Of a stretch of 64,000 bases of DNA, positions 63,721 to 64,000 are shown piece after piece. This DNA comes from Selaginella moellendorffii (Eukaryota; Plantae; Lycopodiophyta). Position numbers and translations under genes: made by a program. Positions within the stretch are counted from its first letter, which is position 1. Each line of letters begins with the position of its first letter. The DNA lies in NCBI RefSeq assembly GCF_000143415.4, contig NW_003314419.1:153941-217940 (forward strand). The letters run 5' to 3'. The notes under the pieces were generated by a model. It was not told where the DNA came from, ran no database searches, and saw only the letters and a program-made list of their open reading frames with translations.

Positions 63721-64000
63721 GGCTATAGGTGAATATTTACTATTTGTGTTATTATTACTTTATCTGGTGTTTGTAGGAGGACTGCCTTGGATCCCAAGAG
63801 CACAGTTTCTTGCCACAACAGAGGCCATGAGTTTTCAAATCTGTAAGAGTTTCAAAAATTCTGTAATTATAAAAGAAAAAAGTACTATACTGAACTGTAC
63901 CTTCATCTTAGTGAATCAAAATAGCTTTTTTTCTGGCTATGGAATGGGCACTTGTTTTTGTTCTCTACCTACCCGCTTTATTCCTATCGTGCAGTACTAT

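Overview
Eukaryotic plant genomic DNA. The very short 38-60 nt GT-AG introns, plant CCCTAAA repeats, plant-type genes and 5S-bearing TRIMs suggest an early-diverging vascular plant such as Selaginella (my inference). Layout: (1) 1-~10.9 kb is a decayed DNA-transposon-like unit with two divergent genes. One is a minus-strand multi-exon gene encoding a ParB/Srx-like domain fused to a degenerate beta-class amino-DNA-methyltransferase-like domain. The other is a plus-strand Sola-like DDD transposase with two En/Spm-type N-terminal domains. The unit carries about 26 copies of a 24-bp palindrome (AATGGCRTGWGGCCWCAYGCCATT), which makes up roughly half of four tiny introns and which I did not see in the rest of the window. 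This is the main candidate novel system. (2) 11-31.5 kb is a nest of LTR retrotransposons: Gypsy-type elements, LTRs carrying satellite arrays, and Cassandra-like 5S-containing TRIMs, several with readable TSDs. (3) 32-36 kb holds a malate dehydrogenase pseudogene and an apparently intact polyamine/amino-acid permease gene. (4) 36.6-60.3 kb is a Helitron-rich mosaic: an RPA70 pseudogene, three hairpin+CTAG ends, AAE and purple acid phosphatase fragments, large direct and inverted duplications, and a TRIM with internal tandem repeats. (5) 58-64 kb holds unidentified or decayed genes. All family assignments come from motif recognition by eye; no searches were run.
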